24,377 bases of DNA from a virus (Duplodnaviria > Heunggongvirae > Uroviricota > Caudoviricetes), in the IMG/VR virus record IMGVR_UViG_3300031994_000056, one strand, 5' to 3'. The notes beneath the pieces are model-generated. The model searched no databases, was not told where the DNA came from, and saw nothing but the letters and a program-made list of their open reading frames with translations. This document shows positions 7,660 to 15,630 of this stretch, in pieces; position 1 is the first letter of the stretch; each line of letters begins with the position of its first letter. The translations under genes were made by a program, and so were the position numbers.

Positions 7660-7678
7660 CATTTTTTAGGGGAAAAAG

Positions 7679-7867
7679 ATGAGTAAAAAAATGAAATCCT
7701 ATTGGTTTTTATATGAAGAAATAAAAAAATGCACGGATTGTCCTTGTAATTTTTTAGATGGGCATCAAAGTTACTGTAGGCTTTTAAAAAAATTTAATGT
7801 AAACAAAAAGAAAGATTGCCCTTTAGAAATCGTAGAAGAATGTAAATTTGTAGGAGGTACTGACTAA
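7679..7867 (+). CDS. Small Cys-rich hypothetical protein
   Basis: 62 aa with CTDCPC, CRLL, CPL and a further Cys. AGGGG RBS; TAATG overlap with thioredoxin. Confidence 0.65.
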   Translation: MSKKMKSYWFLYEEIKKCTDCPCNFLDGHQSYCRLLKKFNVNKKKDCPLEIVEECKFVGGTD

Positions 7868-8142
7868 TGCTAAATATTATCAAAATTTATACATCTTTTT
7901 GTGTACCATGTAAAATGTTAATCCCTGTATTAGAAAAATTACAGGCAGAATTTACAGGCAAAATTTCAATTCAAGATGTTAATGTAGATGAAGGTATACC
8001 GGAATTATATGCAGATATGAATATAATGAGCACACCTACATTACTATTTATAAAAGATGGAGTGCTATTAAAAAAGATTGTAGGTCTTAGATCTTATGAG
8101 TCTTTAAAAGAATTAATAACTAAATTACTTGAGGAAAAATAA
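7867..8142 (+). CDS. trxA: Thioredoxin
   Basis: CVPC active site in (T)SFCVPCKML, VNVDE, cis-Pro motif STPTLLFIKDG and VG; 91 aa; GGAGG RBS. Confidence 0.9.
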   Translation: MLNIIKIYTSFCVPCKMLIPVLEKLQAEFTGKISIQDVNVDEGIPELYADMNIMSTPTLLFIKDGVLLKKIVGLRSYESLKELITKLLEEK

Positions 8143-8143
8143 T

Positions 8144-8290
8144 ATGGTTGAATGTCCTGTGTGTGGAAGTTTAAAAGTTAAAGTAACTGGACAGTTTTAT
8201 AAATGTACAAATTGTAATTACACTTGGAAGAAAGGTTGCCCAACTTGTGGGAGGAATTTAAATGATAATACAATTAAAAGATGTAGATGA
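8144..8290 (+). CDS. 48-aa zinc-ribbon protein (absent from the ORF track)
   Basis: My translation: MVECPVCGSLKVKVTGQFYKCTNCNYTWKKGCPTCGRNLNDNTIKRCR*. Three CxxC plus one Cys; GAGG RBS at 8131-8134; fills the gap between trxA and 8262. Confidence 0.7.
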   Translation: MVECPVCGSLKVKVTGQFYKCTNCNYTWKKGCPTCGRNLNDNTIKRCR

Positions 8291-8627
8291 TTGGTCTGTT
8301 CAAGACTTTATAAGATATATAAAATCAAAATGTAGTTTAAAAGGTATAGATTATACAGCAAAAACAAAACAATCTTTTATGATATTAGGTAGAACTTTTA
8401 AACTTTTAAAGTTAAATAATAAAAGTAAAAGTTGGTTAAAAAATAAAATTGATATATTTTTAAATAGTGAAACAACGGAAAGTGTTACAAACCTTTTATT
8501 TATAAATTACTTAACAAGAACATTTCCTAGACAATTACAGGATAATACTATAAAAAACTTACCTAAAGTAAATAAAATATCTGAAGATGTAAAACGAAAA
8601 TTAGTTATGCTACGGAGTTGTTTATGA
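8262..8627 (+). CDS. Hypothetical basic protein
   Basis: 121 aa with GGAGG RBS at 8250-8254; no motif recognised. Confidence 0.7.
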   Translation: MIIQLKDVDDWSVQDFIRYIKSKCSLKGIDYTAKTKQSFMILGRTFKLLKLNNKSKSWLKNKIDIFLNSETTESVTNLLFINYLTRTFPRQLQDNTIKNLPKVNKISEDVKRKLVMLRSCL

Positions 8628-8833
8628 AATATAAATTACCAAAATATAAATTTATAATCCCTTGTGAGATATATGACGGTCATAATTTTCATCCTGGTGA
8701 TGTAGTTAAAGTAATATATGTAAATGTAAGTGCAGATAATTGTAGAGATGTATTTGTAATGTTTAAAGATAAGGAATATCATATTCCAGTTGACGCATTT
8801 TTATTATGTACTAAAAAGATAAAAGTTATTTAA
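8624..8833 (+). CDS. Small hypothetical protein
   Basis: Start reassigned to ATG 8624 (GGAG at 8614-8617; ATGA overlap). Last gene before the convergent terminator. Confidence 0.65.
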   Translation: MKYKLPKYKFIIPCEIYDGHNFHPGDVVKVIYVNVSADNCRDVFVMFKDKEYHIPVDAFLLCTKKIKVI

Positions 8834-8837
8834 GAAT

Positions 8838-8874
8838 AAAAAAAACCATCTTCCTAATATTAGGAAGATGGTTT
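8838..8874. terminator. Terminator at the convergence of the two gene blocks
   Basis: Perfect 32-bp palindrome AAACCATCTTCCTAAT-ATTAGGAAGATGGTTT (8843-8874). The A-run 8838-8845 gives a U8 tail on the minus strand. Confidence 0.9.
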
Positions 8875-8883
8875 AATTAATTA

Positions 8884-9237
8884 TTACTTTTCAGTATTAT
8901 CAATATCATCAACAGCTTTTTTAGCATCATCAATAGCTTTTTTAGCATCCCATTTAGCATCGTCTACAGATTTTCTTACATCCCAATAAAGTTTAAATGC
9001 TTCTTCTTCGGAAAGATTAAACTCATTAATAAGTTTTGGAACAATTGTTCTTTCATTTTCTCCAGCTTTTAATCCTTCTTTTATAGTATCAAACTCTTTT
9101 TCATAATTTTTAAACTCATCTTTTGAAATATCAAGAGCTTTCAATACTATACAAGCTTCTCTTATAGCCTTTGAATCATTTCTGTCTAATGCGTCATTTA
9201 ATTGTGCTTCTACAATTTTTTGTGCTTCTCTTTTCAT
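8884..9237 (-). CDS. Hypothetical helical protein with C-terminal heptad repeat
   Basis: 117 aa, GAGG RBS, ATGA overlap with the holin-like gene; ends DAKWDAKKAIDDAKKAVDD. Confidence 0.75.
   Translation of the reverse strand: MKREAQKIVEAQLNDALDRNDSKAIREACIVLKALDISKDEFKNYEKEFDTIKEGLKAGENERTIVPKLINEFNLSEEEAFKLYWDVRKSVDDAKWDAKKAIDDAKKAVDDIDNTEK
8905..8946. repeat. 21-bp tandem repeat, 2 copies, in frame
   Basis: ATCATCAACAGCTTTTTTAGC / ATCATCAATAGCTTTTTTAGC, one mismatch. Confidence 0.85.
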
Positions 9238-9566
9238 TTCTTTTTACCTCTCCTATTTGTAATTTTATTTACTGCATTATTAATTACTTCTGTAGCATCT
9301 ACTTTTATATCTGTATCTTTAGTTATTGTTTCTGTTTTAGTATCTGTACTCTTAAATTGGAAAGCAGATTTATTATCAAAACAACTAAAGCCAAAACATC
9401 CACTGCTAAATGTTAAAAACATTATAGGGTATTCCATTGGATATTTTAATGTAGCTAAAACAACTGCTACTATAAAAGATAAAATACCCATTACAATCTT
9501 GGAATTTACATTTCCACTTGCGTCACAAATCATACTTAAAAAATAATTTTTAATTGACTTAAACAT
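9234..9566 (-). CDS. Putative holin
   Basis: 110 aa with two hydrophobic segments (IVMGILSFIVAVVLA; YPIMFLTFSSGCFGF) and a charged tail ending RRGKKK, at the end of the late block. Confidence 0.55.
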   Translation of the reverse strand: MFKSIKNYFLSMICDASGNVNSKIVMGILSFIVAVVLATLKYPMEYPIMFLTFSSGCFGFSCFDNKSAFQFKSTDTKTETITKDTDIKVDATEVINNAVNKITNRRGKKK

Positions 9567-9575
9567 ATACTCTCC

Positions 9576-9971
9576 TTACTTAGCTACAAATACCCCTAAT
9601 ATAACGCCAACTGCAAATGCAATTCCAATTGTATATTTATAAATTGATTCTTTGTCTTTTGACCTGTTCAATAATTGCTGATAATTCTCGTTCTGCTTCT
9701 CCATTAGCTGAAACTTTTCCAAGTAATTCTTCTCTAATGTTTGCGACTCTTTCATTTGCTTCTCTAACTCGTTCTTCTGATTGTCTAATTCGTTCTTTTG
9801 TTTCTCTAATAAGATCATCATATCTTCGTTGTTGAGCCTCAATTTGTCTATTTGCTTCGTTAAGTTGTTCAGCTGCTCGCTTGTTATGTAAAAAGTATCC
9901 TGCGAAAAAGCAACCTGTACACACAAGCAAAAACAAAATAATAAAACCAACAATTCCTTTATATACGTCAT
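9576..9971 (-). CDS. Signal peptide, coiled coil and C-terminal TM protein (spanin-like, overlapping ORF B)
   Basis: 131 aa: hydrophobic N-terminus ending AFS|Q, long heptad region, C-terminal TM YTIGIAFAVGVILGVFVA. Its stop TAA sits in the holin RBS (TAAGGAG). Confidence 0.7.
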   Translation of the reverse strand: MTYIKELLVLLFCFCLCVQVAFSQDTFYITSEQLNNLTKQIDKLRLNNEDMMILLEKQKNELDNQKNELEKQMKESQTLEKNYLEKFQLMEKQNENYQQLLNRSKDKESIYKYTIGIAFAVGVILGVFVAK

Positions 9972-9975
9972 TCAT
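9637..9975 (-). CDS. N-terminal TM or lipobox-like anchor plus coiled coil (spanin-like, overlapping ORF A)
   Basis: 112 aa: GIVGFIILFLLVCTGCFFAGYFL followed by a charged heptad helix. AGGAG RBS 5 nt upstream. Confidence 0.65.
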   Translation of the reverse strand: MNDVYKGIVGFIILFLLVCTGCFFAGYFLHNKRAAEQLNEANRQIEAQQRRYDDLIRETKERIRQSEERVREANERVANIREELLGKVSANGEAERELSAIIEQVKRQRINL

Positions 9976-9984
9976 GTTTTCTCC

Positions 9985-10401
9985 TTATAATTTAATAACA
10001 GCTGAGTACTCTCCGGCTTCAATCGTACCACTTGATTTTATATAAATATTTAATGCATATGTAGTATCACCTTCTGACTCATATGCAACTAATTCAGAAG
10101 CTGGAAGTACAGTACTTCCAGATGAATTACGCACTTGCATAACCATAGTTGAGTCTGTTATAATAATATTATTAGTTTCATCATTACTTACAACCCATGT
10201 ACATACACTAGCATTATCTGGAACCATTGTCGGGCAGTCATCAATAAATATTTTTGGCATAGTATCTGCTACAGATTTATCTTCAAAAAAATCTGGTAAA
10301 ACAACAAAGTTACCAGGCAACTTTAATGAGGTGTAGGTATCAACACCTATATTTTTTATTAATAATTGTGTAGTTGTATTACTTGGAATAATAGACGCCA
10401 T
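9985..10401 (-). CDS. Hypothetical virion or tail-fibre-associated protein
   Basis: Start reassigned to ATG 10401 (GGAGG at 10410-10414). Beta-rich; directly follows a fibre gene. Confidence 0.65.
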   Translation of the reverse strand: MASIIPSNTTTQLLIKNIGVDTYTSLKLPGNFVVLPDFFEDKSVADTMPKIFIDDCPTMVPDNASVCTWVVSNDETNNIIITDSTMVMQVRNSSGSTVLPASELVAYESEGDTTYALNIYIKSSGTIEAGEYSAVIKL

Positions 10402-10403
10402 AA

Positions 10404-11684
10404 TTAAATCCTCCACCAATTATATCCGTTACTGGTTAAACCTACTACTAATGTAACGGGGTTTGTTAAATCTAAATCTAATTTACTATAAGTTTTATTA
10501 TCTGACTCTACTATAGAAGTACCACCATCTATTAAGTTAGTTGATGTATTATCGTTTACTAACGATGTAATTGAAACTGTTGTATTTTCAGAAGCTGCTG
10601 TTGCTCTAAAAGTATATTTATAAGCAGTTGTATTAATACTTGCTTCGGGAAGTCTAATAGTAACTTCAGAATTATCGGGTGCAGTTGAAGCATCAATAAG
10701 AATAATGTCATAAGCTTGTGCTACAATATTACTTTCAGATAAATCTAATATTGGTGATAATATAGATACAGATGTACCACTCGCAGATATAGTCTGTATA
10801 GAGTTAAAACCTGCATTATTTACATTTGCACCAATATCTGCAGCAGATAAACCATGAGGGTTCGTTGCACTAGGAATCCCTGTTCCTAAAGCATTTATAT
10901 GTGTTTCTAAATTTATATATTCTCCTGAACTTGTTGGATAATTAATTATACCAGTTGTAGCATAATAAGGCGATCCAACAACACTACCATTTAAATAACC
11001 TAATTGCATTGTTTCATTCGAAGCTATAGGATCTATACTTGTATCTGTAGCATCCACTTGACCTATTAATAACCAGCTATCATCATACTCTACATTAGTT
11101 GTTACTTTAATAACATAACCGTCTATAAAATTTGTTTCATAACTTTTACCTGAAACTATTTGTGACGAACTTGCTGTTTGATTTACAATTTCTTGATATT
11201 TAATATAAACATAATTTATTAGTCCTGACTCAATTGGAATATTATAATTTCCAGAATTTCTAGCATAACCTTCAACACCATTATTTCCAAATCCAGTTAA
11301 TGTAGGATCGTCTGTACGTTGTGGGTTCCAAGTAGTTTCATTTAAATCAAAGTAAATATTTGCATTTAACTGTGTACTTGTTGGGTTTACACTTTCAACA
11401 ACATATGATTGATTTTCTGTAATCTTAATTGTATTACCGTCTTTATCTACAGCTATACCACCAAATGCAGCATCAGTTTGGTTATATTCTATATAACCTA
11501 CATTAATATGTGTTGAGTCAACAACTTCAATTAAAAAGTTTTTAGAAATTGAATCAGGTAATTTTAAAACTCCAGGAATATATAATAATTTATTTATATC
11601 GCTCCCGTCTTTTTTAATTTGATTACCTAAATTTTGCAACTGATTAATGTTTATTTTACCGCCACTTTTAAAATAAGTTGACAT
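10404..11684 (-). CDS. Tail fibre or baseplate-attached structural protein
   Basis: 426 aa; HINALGTGIPSATNPHGLSAADIG resembles the H..NPH fibre segment; beta-rich C-terminus; position after the wedge gene. Confidence 0.6.
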   Translation of the reverse strand: MSTYFKSGGKININQLQNLGNQIKKDGSDINKLLYIPGVLKLPDSISKNFLIEVVDSTHINVGYIEYNQTDAAFGGIAVDKDGNTIKITENQSYVVESVNPTSTQLNANIYFDLNETTWNPQRTDDPTLTGFGNNGVEGYARNSGNYNIPIESGLINYVYIKYQEIVNQTASSSQIVSGKSYETNFIDGYVIKVTTNVEYDDSWLLIGQVDATDTSIDPIASNETMQLGYLNGSVVGSPYYATTGIINYPTSSGEYINLETHINALGTGIPSATNPHGLSAADIGANVNNAGFNSIQTISASGTSVSILSPILDLSESNIVAQAYDIILIDASTAPDNSEVTIRLPEASINTTAYKYTFRATAASENTTVSITSLVNDNTSTNLIDGGTSIVESDNKTYSKLDLDLTNPVTLVVGLTSNGYNWWRI

Positions 11685-11702
11685 TTTTCCGCTCCTTTAT
11701 TC

Positions 11703-14315
11703 TTATAACCATACATATTTAATATTTACTTGTGGGAATTTAACCAATTCTATACGCTTTTTTATTTCTGGTCTAATATCAATATTATAATATAACCATA
11801 TATAAGAACCATCAACAGGTCTATTATCTTCATAGTTCCAAATTAAAGTACCTGTTCTTACATCAACAGTGTATAAAATATTTGAAATCTCTTGTGTTAA
11901 ATTTTTGTCTGCATAAACTTTAAAACTTGGATCTGGATATATTACATTTTGATTATTTAATTTAATTTTGTTTCCATATACTAAATATTTTTCTCCATTA
12001 GCTGGTTTTGTCCAACTATTAAATGTTACTTGATATGTATTTAATATATATTGATACGTATAACTTATAGGATCTGTAACTTCATCTGTGATATATTCAT
12101 CATAATTTTTAAATATATAATCTTTTTCTATTACAGGTTCCTCTAACGATATTAAATAATATTCATTCCCTACTAATTGATAGATTGCATTTATATCTAA
12201 AGGAATTGCACCAAATTTTAAAGCATTACAAATATAATCTATTTTTCTTAAACTAGTTTGATCTACAAGAGTTGTTTCATTATATTGGTATAATTTACCA
12301 GTTAACTTATCCAAATAAATTGCATCTGTAATTAAATCAGTTGTATCTATTTCCCAAGAGCCATTTACTAATATATATAAATTACTATTCATTGTATTAA
12401 AATACATCGCACCGTCTGATAATCCGTAAGCAACAGGCTCTGTATCAGTTACTGTAACTAAATCATAATATGCATTTATTTGGTTCCTTACTTCATAATA
12501 GTGATCATTTATATTTAATAACTCATATTTATCATAAGTTTCAATACTTTTTTCTGTAAGACTAATTATAGTTAAAGGCTCTTCTTCTGTATAACTTTTC
12601 TTAAATAAAATATCTCTATATTGATCATTTACAGACTTTAATATACTTACATCATTAAGCGATGAAAACATATCTGCTGTAATTGTTCCTGCTTGTAACA
12701 CTTCATAAAAGTTATTATTATATAGGATGATATCTCCTATATCATAACTTACACTATTGTCATATAATTTAATTTCAGGTAAATTAAGACCTGTTCCTTC
12801 TATATTAAAATATGTATTATAAGCTGTTAAATACTCAGCATCAGACAATGACTCAAATGTTGCTGTTCCTTCTGATAAAGCATTAACTACTTGTCTAATT
12901 CCTAATTGTGTTCCTCCATTCATAGCTGCTTGCCACAATCCAGCAGTACCATTATCTTGATTTCCTAAAACACAGTTTCTATAATTAATATTACCCATCC
13001 ACGCAGGTTGTCTGAAATCAAAATATGAGGCAAAATTTTTATAAACAAAATTATCACTGACATCTTCTACATAAAGATTTCCTTTTGACTCACGTAAATC
13101 AATTTGTATTTTATTAAATATTTTACCAAATGTACTTGCAAAAATTAAATGGTTGTATGTTTTAAATGTAATCTCATTTATTTTTTCTTCGGAACCTTCT
13201 TCTAATATATAAGTTTGTAATACTTTACTGTTATAAATATAAGGCACTCTAAAATAAACGTATCCTACTGAACTAAAATCAACTGAAATAATGTTATGTT
13301 CTTGTGGTGTACCTTCAAATGTTATTCCAAAATCTTCTAAATTAACTTCTTCAGAATCATATTGCCAATAATCATATATACTATTCCAATAAAAATCATA
13401 CACACCTGATCCACTTACTTTATCACTAAATACAAATTTATTGATAGATAAATTTTTTAAATTATCAAAACTATCATTTTCGTAAATATCTGCAGTTATA
13501 GATTTACTGGAAAGATTTGAAGCAATTGCTTTACCATCCATATAAAGAGTATATTTTTTTGGAGTTATATCGTCTAATGTAGTAACATATAAATAATTAC
13601 AATTAACTTTTGATGGTATATTTTTTGGCACCAATGGAACTTGTGTATATTCTGTATATACATATCCTGGTTGTATATTTTTATTCGGATTTAAATTTCC
13701 AGACTCAATTGAAACTTCACTCGTTAAATACATACTTGGCAAATCACCTGGAACCATTTGTTGTGAATATACATAACCTCTATCTCTATATGGTACTATA
13801 TTTCTATCAGTATCAATGTTACCTAACTGTTTATATAAATCAATTATAGACCAGTATGTTTGTGTTAGTTGATCTGTATACAAATATTTAACTTGTGTGT
13901 ATGAGTTATCAATTAACATATCAGCTGTCCAATTAGAAAGGAAGCTAAAGAAATTTGCATTATTTAATGCTGCAACTGCATAATAATATTGCGTAGTTAA
14001 TTCATTATCTGTTAAATAATCAATATAACAAGTCTGTGTATTTTCATTTTCATCTTTATTTAGAACCATTGCAATTAAAGTTGCATCATTATGCCCAATC
14101 GTAGTTGACCTATATACATAATAGCCTTTCATATCTGTAAGAGACGAATTTTTCCAACTTATTATATTATAATTTCTTTCATGTAAAACATATAAATCTT
14201 TTGGGATACCTATATTAGCACTTGGTAATTTTGCACCATAAAGCCAAGTATCCCCATAAAGTATAAGTGGATCTAAATTTCTATAGTAAGATATATCTTC
14301 AAAATGATTTGTCAT
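11703..14315 (-). CDS. Baseplate wedge subunit with an N-terminal FN3-like domain
   Basis: 870 aa; ISWKNS...GYYVYRS...YIDY...YYYAVAALN is FN3-like; LWQAAMNGGTQLGIRQVV resembles the tail-I/wedge segment; baseplate gene context. Confidence 0.55.
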   Translation of the reverse strand: MTNHFEDISYYRNLDPLILYGDTWLYGAKLPSANIGIPKDLYVLHERNYNIISWKNSSLTDMKGYYVYRSTTIGHNDATLIAMVLNKDENENTQTCYIDYLTDNELTTQYYYAVAALNNANFFSFLSNWTADMLIDNSYTQVKYLYTDQLTQTYWSIIDLYKQLGNIDTDRNIVPYRDRGYVYSQQMVPGDLPSMYLTSEVSIESGNLNPNKNIQPGYVYTEYTQVPLVPKNIPSKVNCNYLYVTTLDDITPKKYTLYMDGKAIASNLSSKSITADIYENDSFDNLKNLSINKFVFSDKVSGSGVYDFYWNSIYDYWQYDSEEVNLEDFGITFEGTPQEHNIISVDFSSVGYVYFRVPYIYNSKVLQTYILEEGSEEKINEITFKTYNHLIFASTFGKIFNKIQIDLRESKGNLYVEDVSDNFVYKNFASYFDFRQPAWMGNINYRNCVLGNQDNGTAGLWQAAMNGGTQLGIRQVVNALSEGTATFESLSDAEYLTAYNTYFNIEGTGLNLPEIKLYDNSVSYDIGDIILYNNNFYEVLQAGTITADMFSSLNDVSILKSVNDQYRDILFKKSYTEEEPLTIISLTEKSIETYDKYELLNINDHYYEVRNQINAYYDLVTVTDTEPVAYGLSDGAMYFNTMNSNLYILVNGSWEIDTTDLITDAIYLDKLTGKLYQYNETTLVDQTSLRKIDYICNALKFGAIPLDINAIYQLVGNEYYLISLEEPVIEKDYIFKNYDEYITDEVTDPISYTYQYILNTYQVTFNSWTKPANGEKYLVYGNKIKLNNQNVIYPDPSFKVYADKNLTQEISNILYTVDVRTGTLIWNYEDNRPVDGSYIWLYYNIDIRPEIKKRIELVKFPQVNIKYVWL

Positions 14316-14324
14316 TTTTTAATC

Positions 14325-15608
14325 CTATGTTTTAATTATAAACATCATTTGAATTGCAGGTGGTTGAACTGTTTCAGATTTACCATATACATCATTTCTA
14401 AAAGTATCTACATCATTTACTTTATGTAATTCACCTTTTGAGGCATCAAATCTAAATTCAACTGAAGAACCACCACCATCTGCCGAGCCACGATTATTTA
14501 AATTACCAGCATTATATATTGCTCCGCTTCCTGTCCAAGCATTACTATCTTCTCTCCAGCTACCTTTAATATTTGGTAATCCAGCTTCTATATCTGTTCC
14601 AACATTTGAAGAATCGCCACCCCAAAATGTTTTACCTCTAAAATCTGGAACTTTAAATACAGAACCACTTCCACCGTATCTATATCCAATTACATTAAAT
14701 AATTTTATATATTCATTTGTGTTATAACTTGTACCGTCACAAAGCAGCCATCCTGCAGGTGCAACTGCTCCTGCAAAAGGAACAACTACTCCTGTTAAAT
14801 TTACAATAATTGGAACTTGCATTACGCCACCACTATATACAATAGATGAATTATCAATATTTGTTTGTAATATAGAATTAGCTACGCCACCAGCAGTCGT
14901 ACGTTTTAAACCATTTCCAATCATACTACTATTAAATTTTTCAGCAGTTATAGTCTCGGTTCTAATTTTATCATTTGTAACTGCAGAATTAATTATCTTA
15001 ACATTTGTTACAGCATTATTTGCAATCTTACTTTCTATAATTGCACCATTTTCTATACCAGCTGTTGGTATTAAACTGCCGTTAGTATTTCCTGTATGAT
15101 TATGTGCAGATACATCAATACCATCAACTAAATTAACGTTAACTATACTTCTATAAGGATTTTCAGATGTACCTTCTCCCATCTTTAAATCACCTATCAT
15201 AAAATTACTACCGTCAGTATAAACTGTATTTGCGTCCATATCAGTTACAACTTTCTGTATATCTTTAACATCCTCTACCCAAACTATACTCCCGCCACCT
15301 TTATAATGACAATATAAATTTTTACCTATAGGACTATAACCATTATCAAATGTAATAACTGCGCTTGTTGCATTAACCGTATATTCAGAAATTTCAATTG
15401 CAGTTTCACCTGACATATAATATACACGTAAATCTGATGTATCTTCATTATAAATACATTCATTTAATACATAACAATATTGTGTTTCTGAAATTGGTAT
15501 GTATCTATCATTTAATAAAGGTTCATCTAATTCAGCATAATCTGGATCGGAACGTTTATTTACGATATCTCTTCTAAAAGAACCTAATGAAACAAACTTA
15601 TTTGCCAT
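14325..15608 (-). CDS. Tail fibre with phage tail-collar domain
   Basis: Collar motif GVVVPFAGAVAPAGWLLCDG..Y.KLFNVIG..YG..VPDFRG, then AGLPNIKG...TVQPPA..MFIIK; AVTxxKI repeats. Start reassigned to ATG 15608 (GGAGG RBS). Confidence 0.85.
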   Translation of the reverse strand: MANKFVSLGSFRRDIVNKRSDPDYAELDEPLLNDRYIPISETQYCYVLNECIYNEDTSDLRVYYMSGETAIEISEYTVNATSAVITFDNGYSPIGKNLYCHYKGGGSIVWVEDVKDIQKVVTDMDANTVYTDGSNFMIGDLKMGEGTSENPYRSIVNVNLVDGIDVSAHNHTGNTNGSLIPTAGIENGAIIESKIANNAVTNVKIINSAVTNDKIRTETITAEKFNSSMIGNGLKRTTAGGVANSILQTNIDNSSIVYSGGVMQVPIIVNLTGVVVPFAGAVAPAGWLLCDGTSYNTNEYIKLFNVIGYRYGGSGSVFKVPDFRGKTFWGGDSSNVGTDIEAGLPNIKGSWREDSNAWTGSGAIYNAGNLNNRGSADGGGSSVEFRFDASKGELHKVNDVDTFRNDVYGKSETVQPPAIQMMFIIKT

Positions 15609-15630
15609 CATTTCCTCCAATAACTTTTAC

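Noticed and set aside
9171-9835. Three plus-strand ORFs (81, 114 and 72 aa)
   Set aside because: Antisense to the lysis-like genes, downstream of the terminator, with no promoter or RBS; their hydrophobicity mirrors Lys/Glu-rich codons on the other strand.
13610-13849. Plus-strand 79-aa ORF
   Set aside because: Antisense shadow inside the wedge gene.
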